The position numbers and the translations under genes are program-made. Below the pieces are notes generated by a model. That model was given only the letters and a program-made list of their open reading frames with translations, did not search any database and was not told where the DNA came from. From a virus (lineage: Duplodnaviria > Heunggongvirae > Uroviricota > Caudoviricetes): a DNA stretch of 18,913 nt. Below, in pieces: positions 1-8,779 of this stretch (position 1 is the first letter of the stretch; every line of letters starts with the position of its first letter). The DNA is taken from positions 1-18,913 of the IMG/VR virus record IMGVR_UViG_2671180298_000003, one strand, 5' to 3'.

Positions 1-1401
1 CATTAGGGGATTCATCAGGGCCTTGCGCCGACGTTTGACATCATCCGGATTACGACCACCAGCACGTACCCAGTCTGATTCTGTCGCCGCTCCACCACGA
101 ATCTGGATTTTCCAGGCCTCAGCCTCCTTAACAGGGTCAATCCACGGCATCACTGGTCCGGAATACACCGCGGTATACAGTGAAGAACGGTCAAGATCGC
201 GGGGTAACCTGATAACACCGGATGCCACAGCCTGTTTCAGCCAGGCACGATACATCGGGCGGGTGACGGCACCAATAAACCAGTCCTGCAGGATCAGGTA
301 GCCATCAGTAGACTCAACCAGTTCCTGACGCTGGGCGCTGTAAGTGCCGTTATAGTTGCGTGCCGTACTGGAAAAACTCAGACGACTGCCCGCCGCCACG
401 GCACGCAACTGACCATTACGAAAAGTTTCAAGGTTAGGATTGGGACGATCCGACTTCACCATTCCGATTTCTTCGCCGGGTTTCAGATCGTCGTAAATAA
501 TGCCTGGCTGAATGGTAAGCTCGCGTTCATTCTCCTTGCTGCCATTACCATCCGGTTCATAGCTCTGCCCGTCGCCTTTCCGGATGTACATCCCCAGAGC
601 AGCGGCGATCCTTGCTGCAGTCAGCTCAGAATCTTCATACTCTTTCAGGGCACTGAGGCGGATCAGCACACCGGACAACAAAGACGTCCCGCGCATCTGG
701 TGCAGACGGCGAACAAATTTAAGATGCAGCATTCGCTCTGCATCCACTTCTTTGGTTTCCATCTGCCGCCCGGATACGGGACGGCTTTTATACACCAGAT
801 ATTTTTCGGGACGCCCCCAGTCATCAACAAACACGCCCTGATTCAGCCTGTTGCTCTCATCACTGGTCATGGGAATAAAGTCCGGCTCGAGCGCCTCCAG
901 CCAGAAATGAACACCGGCAGAAGGCGTCAGGCTGTTTATGCGCCCGGAAACCATCTGGGCAAACACCTCACCATCGCGCAGCCAGGTACGCAGCATCAGA
1001 CGTTCCAGCATCGGACGGGTAAACTGCCCGGTGACTTCCGGACTGACAGACCATTCACTCCATCGGGTGCGTATCTCCGCTGCCAGATCACGGGCAATGG
1101 CCCCATTGCGTAATACCGGATGTGGCTCGACAATAATCCCGTTTTTCCCCACCACCCGTTCTTCCAGCTTGTCAAATACACCAATAACCAGATCGTGGTT
1201 GTTATCAAGGTAACGGGCCTGCTCACGTAACGACACGGCCCCGTACTGGCTTAACTGGTCGGCAGTTCGGTTTTCCCGCCGGGCTTTGTGTGTCCGTGTC
1301 GTTTTTACGGCCTCATAAGCCTGGATCACCGCACGGGAACGCAGCCTTGCCGCTTTCCATCCTGGTGAAAAAACGCCAATCACATCATCAAGAATTGCCA
1401 T
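1..1401 (-). CDS. Phage portal protein, lambda gpB-like (partial; 467 codons in window, C-terminus beyond position 1)
   Basis: ATG at 1401-1399 overlaps the gpW stop (ATGA), GAGG SD 6 nt upstream; open frame runs to position 1 (hand-translated, begins MAILDDVIGVFSPGWKAARLRS); position directly after terminase large subunit and gpW matches lambda head-gene order. Not in ORF track because no stop lies in the window. Confidence 0.7.
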   Translation of the reverse strand, partial: MAILDDVIGVFSPGWKAARLRSRAVIQAYEAVKTTRTHKARRENRTADQLSQYGAVSLREQARYLDNNHDLVIGVFDKLEERVVGKNGIIVEPHPVLRNGAIARDLAAEIRTRWSEWSVSPEVTGQFTRPMLERLMLRTWLRDGEVFAQMVSGRINSLTPSAGVHFWLEALEPDFIPMTSDESNRLNQGVFVDDWGRPEKYLVYKSRPVSGRQMETKEVDAERMLHLKFVRRLHQMRGTSLLSGVLIRLSALKEYEDSELTAARIAAALGMYIRKGDGQSYEPDGNGSKENERELTIQPGIIYDDLKPGEEIGMVKSDRPNPNLETFRNGQLRAVAAGSRLSFSSTARNYNGTYSAQRQELVESTDGYLILQDWFIGAVTRPMYRAWLKQAVASGVIRLPRDLDRSSLYTAVYSGPVMPWIDPVKEAEAWKIQIRGGAATESDWVRAGGRNPDDVKRRRKALMNPLM

Positions 1402-1613
1402 CAGAACCTCGCCAGCCGGTACCCAGGATGCCCCCGTCGTCGTGTAATCAGAGCCGCAAGGCGGCGCTCCCACTCCTGCCGTCCCTGCCGGATCTCAGAT
1501 AAGTTTTCCATGGTCATCTGCTGACCATTAAAGGTGACGGATTTTCCGTCCAGCACCGCCATTTCAGCTTCCGTATAACGCTGAATCATGGCTTCGATAT
1601 CATTCTGGTTCAT
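1401..1613 (-). CDS. Head-tail joining protein gpW family
   Basis: ORF 1401..1619; ATG at 1613 overlaps the terminase TGA (ATGA) with GGAGG 6 nt upstream; ~70 aa with C-terminal RRRGHPGY resembling lambda W (RRRGPAGF). Confidence 0.7.
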   Translation of the reverse strand: MNQNDIEAMIQRYTEAEMAVLDGKSVTFNGQQMTMENLSEIRQGRQEWERRLAALITRRRGHPGYRLARF

Positions 1614-3712
1614 AACCATCCTCCGGAAGTCAGCCAGGGGTTAACATCGTCAGTTACTGTTTTCTTCCGTTTTTGTTTTTTAACAGGCGTGGATACCGGT
1701 TCCGGTGAGGGTGACGGTTCGGTACTGTCCGGGACACACTCCAGCCAGGTTTCCAGGCTCGCCCACTCCGGTGCATCCGGCCAGCGGATCTTTTCGTATC
1801 CATGCAGAATGACCAGAGCCTCGGCATACACCATCAGGTCAAAAGCTTCGTTGGCACCGCGACCCGGCTTACTCCATTTCCCGTCACTACTCCGCTCTTC
1901 ATACGTCAGTTCGTCGTAAAACCAGCTCCCCAGCCAGTCAGGGAAATGCACATAGCCGGGACCTGGAGAGTCACGCCATAACGCGTTATTCACCCGGTCT
2001 TTCAGGGCATCCGTCTGAAGAAGCCAGAGCGGCACATCACCTGCGGCCTGCGCCCGTCGGCCCGTTCGTCCGGTGTTATCAGGGAATGTACGGGTGATCA
2101 GTTTTGCGCGCCGGATGCTGTCGCCCTTAAACAGGTAAATACGTTTACCAAGGCCATCACGACGGCAACGACGCCAGAATTTATAGGCATTATCAGTGAC
2201 CCCGTCTTCACCGCCGGAGTCCACCGCCATTGCCATCAGTCGCATTTGTTGAGAAGGATCGGAGGCCAGCGGCCAGCTTTTATGAAAAACATCCGTCAGC
2301 AGGACATCCCAGTCTTCCGGATAGCTGGCCGGATCAATTCGCTGGCTCTCCCCGTCGCTGTCACCGCGCAATGACTGCGTGATGTTGTAACGATCAATAA
2401 TCCAGCGTTCGCCACGGCTGCCATAGCCCGTTACCTGAACCACAAAACGGCGATGACGTCCCGCCTGCACATCCACTGTCGCCACCAGGAAATTAACGCC
2501 ATCCGGCACACTGCGGGAAGGAACTGGCTCTGCCCGCTGCTCAAGCAGTTCACTTTTTCGTTGCTCCATGCTGGCACGGGGAAGATAAGGTAATCCCCAG
2601 TCGGTATTGATAACCGTCTTGAGTGTTTCTTCACTTCCGGTTGTCTCGTATTCCTGTTCTGCAGTAAGCAGTTTGTAAACGAGTTGCGAGAGTGTCTGGT
2701 AAGCAGCTGCCGGACCCTCCATCCAGAATGACGCAATACGTGAGCGTCGGGGATCACCATAACGACTGCCATCCGCATTGATGGATTCACCATCCCGCAA
2801 CCAGACCCCACGTCCGTTCAGCTCACGTTTTTGTTCAGGCATAATCCGTCCTGAACAGGAAGGACACTGAATATAAGCCGCCTCACTTGCCAGCACGGGA
2901 TCGGCAATATCACGGAAACCAGCAACCACATCGCCGCAGGGCTGAAAATACTCACCACAGTGTGGACAGGGCCAGTACCAGCGACGGCGATCGCCACGGT
3001 TATAGAGCGACAGTATCCCCGTGGTTGGTGGAGCCTCATGCGGTGAAGTCCGTCGCCATTTCACATCCTTCACATCCCTGCCGGGGGAACTCTCCACCAG
3101 CGTCATACCACTGGACATAAATGTGGTGGTACGTTTTGAGGCAAGAGAGAAGGCATCCCCCTCGCCATCAATATCTTCCGGAAAACGGTCATAATCCGTC
3201 AGCGCCACGCATTTATAATCTGATGAGGACATGATATTGACTGACGGCCAGCCGATTTTCAGGTAGTTGCCAGCAAGGAATGTTCTGTCATAAACGTTGT
3301 TGTCATTTTTGTTCGGACTCAGGCGACTGACCACTTCCGGGCTGACGCGAAACGTTCTGGCAAGTCGTTTTTTGGAGTGTTCGCGGGCTTTTTCCTCCGT
3401 CATCTGAATGATCAGCATATCAGCAGGATCGCAAATCACATTGTAAATCACCCAGCCGTCAATCAGGCCGATAGTCTTGCCAGTTCGTGCCGGGCCAACA
3501 AATATCACTGCGTCGTATTCACGCGAGGCCAGGCAGTTCATCGGCTCAATAACATACGGTGCCACCAGCGGATCCCACGGGACTGAATTCCCGGCCCCCA
3601 TGGGCACCCGCATATACTGAGCAACGGCATCAGCAACCAGCATTCGTCTCGGTGCGCGAAGGATATAACCTGAATCGGTTCGTGCTGCCTTTGCGGTTTC
3701 CTGATTCAGCAT
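1610..3712 (-). CDS. Terminase large subunit (lambda gpA family)
   Basis: 700-aa ORF; Walker A-like GPARTGKT; CPHCGE zinc motif as in lambda gpA; GGAGG SD 5 nt upstream of ATG; start overlaps the TerS stop (TAATG). Confidence 0.9.
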   Translation of the reverse strand: MLNQETAKAARTDSGYILRAPRRMLVADAVAQYMRVPMGAGNSVPWDPLVAPYVIEPMNCLASREYDAVIFVGPARTGKTIGLIDGWVIYNVICDPADMLIIQMTEEKAREHSKKRLARTFRVSPEVVSRLSPNKNDNNVYDRTFLAGNYLKIGWPSVNIMSSSDYKCVALTDYDRFPEDIDGEGDAFSLASKRTTTFMSSGMTLVESSPGRDVKDVKWRRTSPHEAPPTTGILSLYNRGDRRRWYWPCPHCGEYFQPCGDVVAGFRDIADPVLASEAAYIQCPSCSGRIMPEQKRELNGRGVWLRDGESINADGSRYGDPRRSRIASFWMEGPAAAYQTLSQLVYKLLTAEQEYETTGSEETLKTVINTDWGLPYLPRASMEQRKSELLEQRAEPVPSRSVPDGVNFLVATVDVQAGRHRRFVVQVTGYGSRGERWIIDRYNITQSLRGDSDGESQRIDPASYPEDWDVLLTDVFHKSWPLASDPSQQMRLMAMAVDSGGEDGVTDNAYKFWRRCRRDGLGKRIYLFKGDSIRRAKLITRTFPDNTGRTGRRAQAAGDVPLWLLQTDALKDRVNNALWRDSPGPGYVHFPDWLGSWFYDELTYEERSSDGKWSKPGRGANEAFDLMVYAEALVILHGYEKIRWPDAPEWASLETWLECVPDSTEPSPSPEPVSTPVKKQKRKKTVTDDVNPWLTSGGWL

Positions 3713-4206
3713 TACTCCTCCTGCTGTAATTCCTCCTCATCATCCGCACCTGCTTCGGTCACCCGCAGGGCTATCTGATCGCGCAGATCATCAATAATGG
3801 ACTGAACACGGCTCACAGCGGCAGGCTGCAGGCCGCAGTCACGTTCCAGAATATCCGGTAATGTCTCCAGCACCTGCACGACCGCTTTTGCCCAGATGGC
3901 AAACTCCCGTCTGACATCACTGGCCGGAATGAGTTGTGCCGTTTCCTGTTCGAACTTAAGACGCTCACGTTCAGACTGATACCAGGCTTTGCGTTCATGT
4001 GGATCCATTTCGCCCTCAGCAACCGGCGGTGGTAACCCCATAAATTCAGTCAGAATATCGGTCAACCGGTATAGCTTGAGTTTGTCATGTCCACCAGCGG
4101 GACGAATGTTTTTCAGTCTTGCCACGACAGTCTGGCGGTGCAGACCAGATATCCGCATGCAGCTCGTCGTGATGCTTTCTGCACAAAGGCAACACAAAGA
4201 GGTCAT
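3712..4206 (-). CDS. Terminase small subunit (Nu1-like); start unresolved (GTG 4227 / ATG 4206 / ATG 4158)
   Basis: Immediately upstream of and coupled to the large subunit; HTH-like GLHRQTVVARL near the N-terminus, acidic C-terminal tail; the 5' end overlaps the upstream DUF968 gene in another frame. Confidence 0.6.
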   Translation of the reverse strand: MTSLCCLCAESITTSCMRISGLHRQTVVARLKNIRPAGGHDKLKLYRLTDILTEFMGLPPPVAEGEMDPHERKAWYQSERERLKFEQETAQLIPASDVRREFAIWAKAVVQVLETLPDILERDCGLQPAAVSRVQSIIDDLRDQIALRVTEAGADDEEELQQEE

Positions 4207-5056
4207 GCGCTTTAGTACCCATTCCACCCTGACCGTGACCTATCAGGTGGTGGGGATCATCAGCGGGCTTTCCACAACATGCACACGGCTGTGTCTTAAC
4301 CCAACGCGTGTACTTTTCATTAACCCAGCGGCGACGTTTTGGGCGTAACATAAAAGACTCCGGCGACTCCGGATCCACTTTCAGCGCCAGCACCTTTTTT
4401 GCCTTATCCTGGATGATGCTGGTGGCAGGAACCGAAGGCACAAGGTCACTTTCCCGGGTGACAGACGGCACAACAGGCTTTGGTAATCTCAGTGCCTTAC
4501 GGGCTGCACTTTCCGGTAAGGCATCCGCCAGGTCATTACGAATCAGCCACCAGCACAGTTCCGGCATTGTCACAACGTGACTATCATCAAAACCGAGATC
4601 CCGACGCACAACAGACAACACCCAGCGGGCACAGTTATCCGTTGCCATTGATTCCAGCCGTTCCGTGAACTGATCGCGCAGCTGGTTATCGCAGTGCCAG
4701 CACAGACGGATTGCGCCCGGCGCGTGTCGCATTGTTGTCATGTTCTCGCTGTGCCAGTCGGAATGAGGCCACTGGCAGCCTTTTTCACGAAGTAACCAGC
4801 TTTCAAGACATTCCACGCCACCAGCACGACGGATCACTGCCTCATTGCGGAACACGGCCCGAACGGCAGGATCATCCGCCAGCGGTTGTGATGCCGCCGG
4901 TACGGCACCACTGGCGAAAGATGAATAACGTTCCGGCTCAGGCTCCAGCAGGACACGCCCCTGCATAAACAGGGGCATCAGCTCTGAACCTGGTCTGAAC
5001 AATACGATCCCCATACGCGGGGCAATTTCAGGGGTCAGTAGTGCTCTCACGGTCAC
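4085..5056 (-). CDS. DUF968-like phage protein with C-terminal Cys/His (HNH-like) metal-binding motif
   Basis: 323-aa ORF; C-terminal PCACCGKP...HHLIGHGQGGMGTKAHD...PLCRKHHDELH motif; GTG start 1 nt after the KilA-N stop; family assignment from memory. Confidence 0.5.
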   Translation of the reverse strand: MTVRALLTPEIAPRMGIVLFRPGSELMPLFMQGRVLLEPEPERYSSFASGAVPAASQPLADDPAVRAVFRNEAVIRRAGGVECLESWLLREKGCQWPHSDWHSENMTTMRHAPGAIRLCWHCDNQLRDQFTERLESMATDNCARWVLSVVRRDLGFDDSHVVTMPELCWWLIRNDLADALPESAARKALRLPKPVVPSVTRESDLVPSVPATSIIQDKAKKVLALKVDPESPESFMLRPKRRRWVNEKYTRWVKTQPCACCGKPADDPHHLIGHGQGGMGTKAHDLFVLPLCRKHHDELHADIWSAPPDCRGKTEKHSSRWWT

Positions 5057-5057
5057 C

Positions 5058-5867
5058 TCAATGAACGGTATCGAGCAGCTTTAACAGCTCAGGGAATCGG
5101 GATTCGAAGAAATGCGGCTGCGTCTCGCGCGGATTGGCGGGACTGGTGATGTTCTTGCCGAACATGCAGCCTTTCGCTGTCAGCGACCAGAATTTTTTGA
5201 TGTTGTTAATCGCGGTACGGCTGTATCGTTCGCGCTGCTCGACGATCCCCAGCTTCACCATCTGGTGATATGCCTGATTAGCTGTCAGGCGGATACCATA
5301 CTGCTTCAGCAGTGCACTCAGTGACAGCGTGGGGCGGCTTGAGCCATCAGGCGCGTCAGCAGGAGCATCAATGGCATAGCGCGGTGCCAGATTCGGTAAG
5401 CCAACAGCCTCCTGGAGTTTCTGACAGGCACCAAGCACTGAAGAGTTAGACAGGTTTAATTCCCGGCGCATAAAGTCCAGCAGAATCACACCAGCCTGCA
5501 TCTTGTCAGCAGCCTGTCCGGATAATTTTTCCGGTGCGCTGGTTACCATGTCGAAAGTACGGATCACCTTCAGATGGAATGACGGGCTGATCCACATTGC
5601 ATAGGCATACACCAGTTCCTTGCAGACATACGTTCCCCGTTCATTTCCCCCATGAATCACACTCACCGGGTCAACACCCAAATTCTGGGTGTTGGTCAAT
5701 TCATGAACAAGCTCAACAGTTTGTTGGCTGGAAAGAAACTTTCCTGGCTCCTTGGTTCTGGCATTTGCACCAGATGCTACTGCTGCGCGATGCAGATCGT
5801 TCAGGCTGTAACGCCCATAAGCATCACGACGAACTTCAATACCATCAATGACCATCAGATTATTCAT
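5058..5867 (-). CDS. KilA-N domain-containing phage protein (antirepressor-like)
   Basis: 269-aa ORF; N-terminal KilA-N pattern (IDGIEVRRDAYGRYSLNDLHRAA ... GTYVCKELVYAYAMWISPSFHLKV); GAGGAG SD upstream of ATG. Confidence 0.7.
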   Translation of the reverse strand: MNNLMVIDGIEVRRDAYGRYSLNDLHRAAVASGANARTKEPGKFLSSQQTVELVHELTNTQNLGVDPVSVIHGGNERGTYVCKELVYAYAMWISPSFHLKVIRTFDMVTSAPEKLSGQAADKMQAGVILLDFMRRELNLSNSSVLGACQKLQEAVGLPNLAPRYAIDAPADAPDGSSRPTLSLSALLKQYGIRLTANQAYHQMVKLGIVEQRERYSRTAINNIKKFWSLTAKGCMFGKNITSPANPRETQPHFFESRFPELLKLLDTVH

Positions 5868-5886
5868 ACTTCGTTTCTCCTCTTAA

Positions 5887-6276
5887 TCAGGCGGCTGCAC
5901 CCGCCGGTTTCTCATACTTACTGATAGTGATCTCGACCTTCCCTTTCGGGATAACCGGTCCCCACTCCACCAGCATTCTTTTCACCTGTCTGTCGTCTTC
6001 CCACACACCCGCGTGGGTCAGGGCGTCAAACAGCGCCTTGTTATAGTTGTCCAGATCGCGGATCCGGTTATCCGGAGGAAACAACACGATCTCCACTGAA
6101 GCAGGTGCCGACGTTGGTTTCGGCAGACGACGTAACTGCTCAACTATTGCTGCGCACGCCGCGCTCTGAAATTTTCGCCCCGCCTCGCTTATCAGGCTCT
6201 TACCAGCAAATGCCCCTTTGTTGGGGTGTCGCCAGTACGTGTTCACGCTGGGCGGAAAAGGCAGTATTAGCTTCAT
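5887..6276 (-). CDS. rusA: Holliday junction resolvase RusA
   Basis: 129-aa ORF; RusA-like LPFPPSVNTYWR N-terminus and DLDNYNKALFDALTHAGVWEDD core; ATG overlaps the upstream stop (ATGA); GAGGGAG SD. Confidence 0.85.
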   Translation of the reverse strand: MKLILPFPPSVNTYWRHPNKGAFAGKSLISEAGRKFQSAACAAIVEQLRRLPKPTSAPASVEIVLFPPDNRIRDLDNYNKALFDALTHAGVWEDDRQVKRMLVEWGPVIPKGKVEITISKYEKPAGAAA

Positions 6277-6599
6277 ACTTTCAGCTCCCTCTCATGTAAC
6301 CAGTGGGCTGCACGCAGCCTGGCGTTTTCCTCACCGGCAAGCAGTGCGCGGATGATACCGACCGCTTCGCTGTCGTCGTCCTTCACCGCGGTATGAAGCG
6401 TGATCCCCCGGGCCACGCCACGCTTTATCGTGATGACGCCTTTTTTCTCCAGTGCGCGAAGATGCTCCACCGCTGCATTCACTGAACGGTATCCCAGCAT
6501 GGTTGCCACCTCCTGATTGGTTGGCGGGAAGCCACGTTCTTTCTGGTAAGAAATCAGCATATCCAGCACCTGCTGCTGGCATTGAGTTAACGTCGTCAT
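6273..6599 (-). CDS. LexA-family DNA-binding protein: N-terminal LexA winged-HTH domain only, no S24 peptidase domain
   Basis: 108-aa ORF; residues 1-70 align closely by eye with the E. coli LexA N-terminal domain (LTQCQQQVLDMLISYQKERGFPPT...GYRSVNAAVEHLRALEKKGVI...ARGI); ends 40 residues later with no Ser/Lys protease motifs; ATGA-coupled to Dam. Confidence 0.75.
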   Translation of the reverse strand: MTTLTQCQQQVLDMLISYQKERGFPPTNQEVATMLGYRSVNAAVEHLRALEKKGVITIKRGVARGITLHTAVKDDDSEAVGIIRALLAGEENARLRAAHWLHERELKV

Positions 6600-7249
6600 G
6601 CCGCCATCTCCCTGACCAGTTTTTCCGCCTGCTGGCGAACCTGCGCCAGAAAGGCCTCACCACATGCCTCAAGTTCATCGCGCCCGATGTAGCTGATTGC
6701 CGGTCCCTTCCAGGTCTTGTCGAAAACAGCAATAGCACCAGCGAAGAAAGCGCCTGTCGGCACCTGCTTCTCATCCTTCGGGATAAACCAGGCAGGCAGT
6801 TCAAAACCAATACGCCCGCGAATAAAAGCAATATGGTCTGCGTCTTCCGGCCACCACACTTCGCTGGTGGCAGCTTTGATCAGGAAAACATAGCGCCCGC
6901 CTTTATCACGCATGGAACTGGCATGCTTCATGATGTAACGCATGCCAGTGATGTATTGCCCCTCATGCTGACTGGCGCGGCTGTATGGGGGATTACCAAA
7001 GGCAGCCCCTTTAAGCTCCGCAAGACGTTCTGACCAGTCATGTGCCAGCGCGTTGTCTTCCGCCGTGTAATACGCGGCACATTTGGCGTTATCACCGTCA
7101 GTGAACAGATCCAGAACAAACGGACCAAACAGGGTGTTAATTCCCCAGAAAATGTTATCCGGCGTGCGCCACTGATCGCCCACTTCCTTCAGTTCATGGG
7201 CTGGTTTGTTCCGCAGTTCCACCAGCGCCTGGCAATATTTATTACTCAT
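6596..7249 (-). CDS. Phage Dam-family DNA N6-adenine methyltransferase
   Basis: NPPY catalytic motif (FGNPPYS) and N-terminal WRTP motif; ATG at 7249 with GGGGG SD, overlapping the PerC-like stop (TAATG); ORF-track start 7282 is probably an upstream extension. Confidence 0.8.
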   Translation of the reverse strand: MSNKYCQALVELRNKPAHELKEVGDQWRTPDNIFWGINTLFGPFVLDLFTDGDNAKCAAYYTAEDNALAHDWSERLAELKGAAFGNPPYSRASQHEGQYITGMRYIMKHASSMRDKGGRYVFLIKAATSEVWWPEDADHIAFIRGRIGFELPAWFIPKDEKQVPTGAFFAGAIAVFDKTWKGPAISYIGRDELEACGEAFLAQVRQQAEKLVREMAA

Positions 7250-7737
7250 TAAGCCCCCACGTAATTCCCTGACAGATACCACTCTTCACCTGATGCAGCC
7301 CGCTTATTGCTTTTCCGTAAACACCGTTCACGACGCGCCAGAAAATTATTTCGTTCTGGCTGGGAGTGGCTTTCACGGAATGCCGCCATCCACACCGTTG
7401 CAGCACGACGGTATAAGCCCCTGGACTCCAGTTCTTCCGCCTGGCGGGTCAGGCACAAAATCACCCGCGGGTCGTTAGTGCCGACATAGAAATTGCGCAC
7501 AGGTCTGGTTTCACGAACTGGTTGTGGTTCCGGCTCCTGCGCTCTCTCAGTCAGGCGTGGGAAATGTCTGCGTGTATCTCCTTCACAACGGTGAGCCACA
7601 CGCCCACTCTGACGTAACTTGCTTGCTGACTGCAGAACGCGCTGCCGTGAGTAACCTGCAAAAGCATCCGCAATGTCTCCGGAAGTACACCCCGGATGGG
7701 CTTCAATGAATTTCTGAACTTCATTCAAAAGACTCAT
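7249..7737 (-). CDS. PerC-family transcriptional activator-like protein (YfdN-like)
   Basis: C-terminal LESRGLYRRAATVWMAAF resembles the conserved PerC/Pch motif; ATG at 7737 (third codon of ORF) with GGGGG SD; 2 nt after the upstream TGA. Confidence 0.5.
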   Translation of the reverse strand: MSLLNEVQKFIEAHPGCTSGDIADAFAGYSRQRVLQSASKLRQSGRVAHRCEGDTRRHFPRLTERAQEPEPQPVRETRPVRNFYVGTNDPRVILCLTRQAEELESRGLYRRAATVWMAAFRESHSQPERNNFLARRERCLRKSNKRAASGEEWYLSGNYVGA

Positions 7738-7739
7738 GA

Positions 7740-8558
7740 TCACCCCCTGAATCCTGCCGGGATCTGGCTGTAGTCCACGTTGTCGTAACTGGCTTTGAAG
7801 TACGGGTCCTCACGTCTGGCTGCAGATACCGCAGGAACTTCCCAGGATTCTTCGAAATGACGATCCGGACCAAAGAACGTGACAGCCTGTTTCACAAATT
7901 GTGTGCCGCTGTTACCCATCGCAGATACCCAGCCTGCATAGCGTTTCACACCTTCCAGCATGGTTTCGGGGTTTACCCCCTCATTCAAACGGGCTTTCCA
8001 GGCTTTGAAGGCTGCTGATTTTGAATTGCCACCAGCACGTTTGGGGTATGCCAGCCATGCCTGCTCAAACTCCGGAGAGTATTCCGGTCGGTTTGAACGA
8101 ACTCGCACGGACTCATCAGCAGATGCACCAACAGCTATTGGTTCATTGACTGGTTCTTTGACTGGTTCAAAAGAGTGACTGGTTCTGGGTGAATCTCCTG
8201 CACTACCCCCTGGTGCAACTCCTGCACTACCTGGTGAATTTGCTGCACCAGATAGTGAATTATTTGCACTACCCCCTAGTGAATCTCCTGCACCATCCAG
8301 ATGAAGGAGATAGATATTACTTGAGTTACCTTTTTCACCTTTCCGGGTGACTTTTTTTACCAGCCCGGACTCACAAAGGGCCGCAATATGATTCATCACA
8401 GAACGTTTGCTAATCTCGCACTGGTCAGCAATATGCTGGTAGCTGGGCCAGCACTCCCCCTGATCGCTGGCATTATCAGCCAGCTTGATCAGAACCAGTT
8501 TTCGCAATGGATTACCCACTCGAATTTTCATCGCTTTAACCATCAGCTCCATACTCAT
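7740..8558 (-). CDS. Replication initiator / replisome organizer (lambda O-like, YfdO-like) with internal iteron-bearing linker
   Basis: 272 aa; N-terminal winged-HTH typical of phage replication proteins; Gly/Ser/Ala-rich linker encoded by direct nucleotide repeats; lies downstream of cro/CII-like genes. Confidence 0.6.
   Translation of the reverse strand: MSMELMVKAMKIRVGNPLRKLVLIKLADNASDQGECWPSYQHIADQCEISKRSVMNHIAALCESGLVKKVTRKGEKGNSSNIYLLHLDGAGDSLGGSANNSLSGAANSPGSAGVAPGGSAGDSPRTSHSFEPVKEPVNEPIAVGASADESVRVRSNRPEYSPEFEQAWLAYPKRAGGNSKSAAFKAWKARLNEGVNPETMLEGVKRYAGWVSAMGNSGTQFVKQAVTFFGPDRHFEESWEVPAVSAARREDPYFKASYDNVDYSQIPAGFRG
8189..8300. repeat. Putative replication origin: about five ~22-24-bp direct repeats (iterons, core cTGCACtacc...GTGAAt) inside the O-like gene, preceded by three gactggttc repeats (8147-8185)
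   Basis: Repeats read directly from sequence; arrangement parallels lambda ori inside gene O. Confidence 0.55.
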
Positions 8559-8779
8559 GCAGCACCTCCGAGATGCTTCATGTTTTTTCCGGAGCGAAAG
8601 GTTATAAGCGGCATACTGACGCGGTAACTACGGCCCAGCGGTTCACAAATCACCTTCTGACATTCACGGTCAACCAGGCTAACACGTAGAACATGCCCTG
8701 CAGGTGTGGTGTACCACTGACCCGGACGAGGACAACGGAAAGTCTGATTGGTAAACCGTTTGAAAATATTCCGGATCAT
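8555..8779 (-). CDS. Hypothetical small phage protein (74 aa)
   Basis: ORF bracketed by ATGA/ATGA overlaps with both neighbours, consistent with translational coupling; no recognisable domain. Confidence 0.4.
   Translation of the reverse strand: MIRNIFKRFTNQTFRCPRPGQWYTTPAGHVLRVSLVDRECQKVICEPLGRSYRVSMPLITFRSGKNMKHLGGAA

Noticed and set aside
23-1226. ORF-track ORFs on both strands within 1-1400 (23..301+, 584..841+, 700..1113+, 938..1213+, 996..1226-)
   Set aside because: All lie inside, antisense to or out of frame with the portal gene, which reads continuously on the minus strand from 1401 to position 1; Arg/Ser/Pro-rich translations typical of non-coding frames.
3813-4668. ORFs 3813..4022-, 3989..4348+, 4308..4580+, 4480..4668+ overlapping TerS / DUF968 genes
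   Set aside because: Alternative-frame or antisense ORFs within well-supported genes; no RBS and low-complexity translations.
8147-8300. Repetitive region as a possible CRISPR-like array or collagen-like coding repeat
   Set aside because: Repeats are imperfect, contiguous without unique spacers, and lie inside a continuous reading frame; best explained as origin iterons within the O-like gene.
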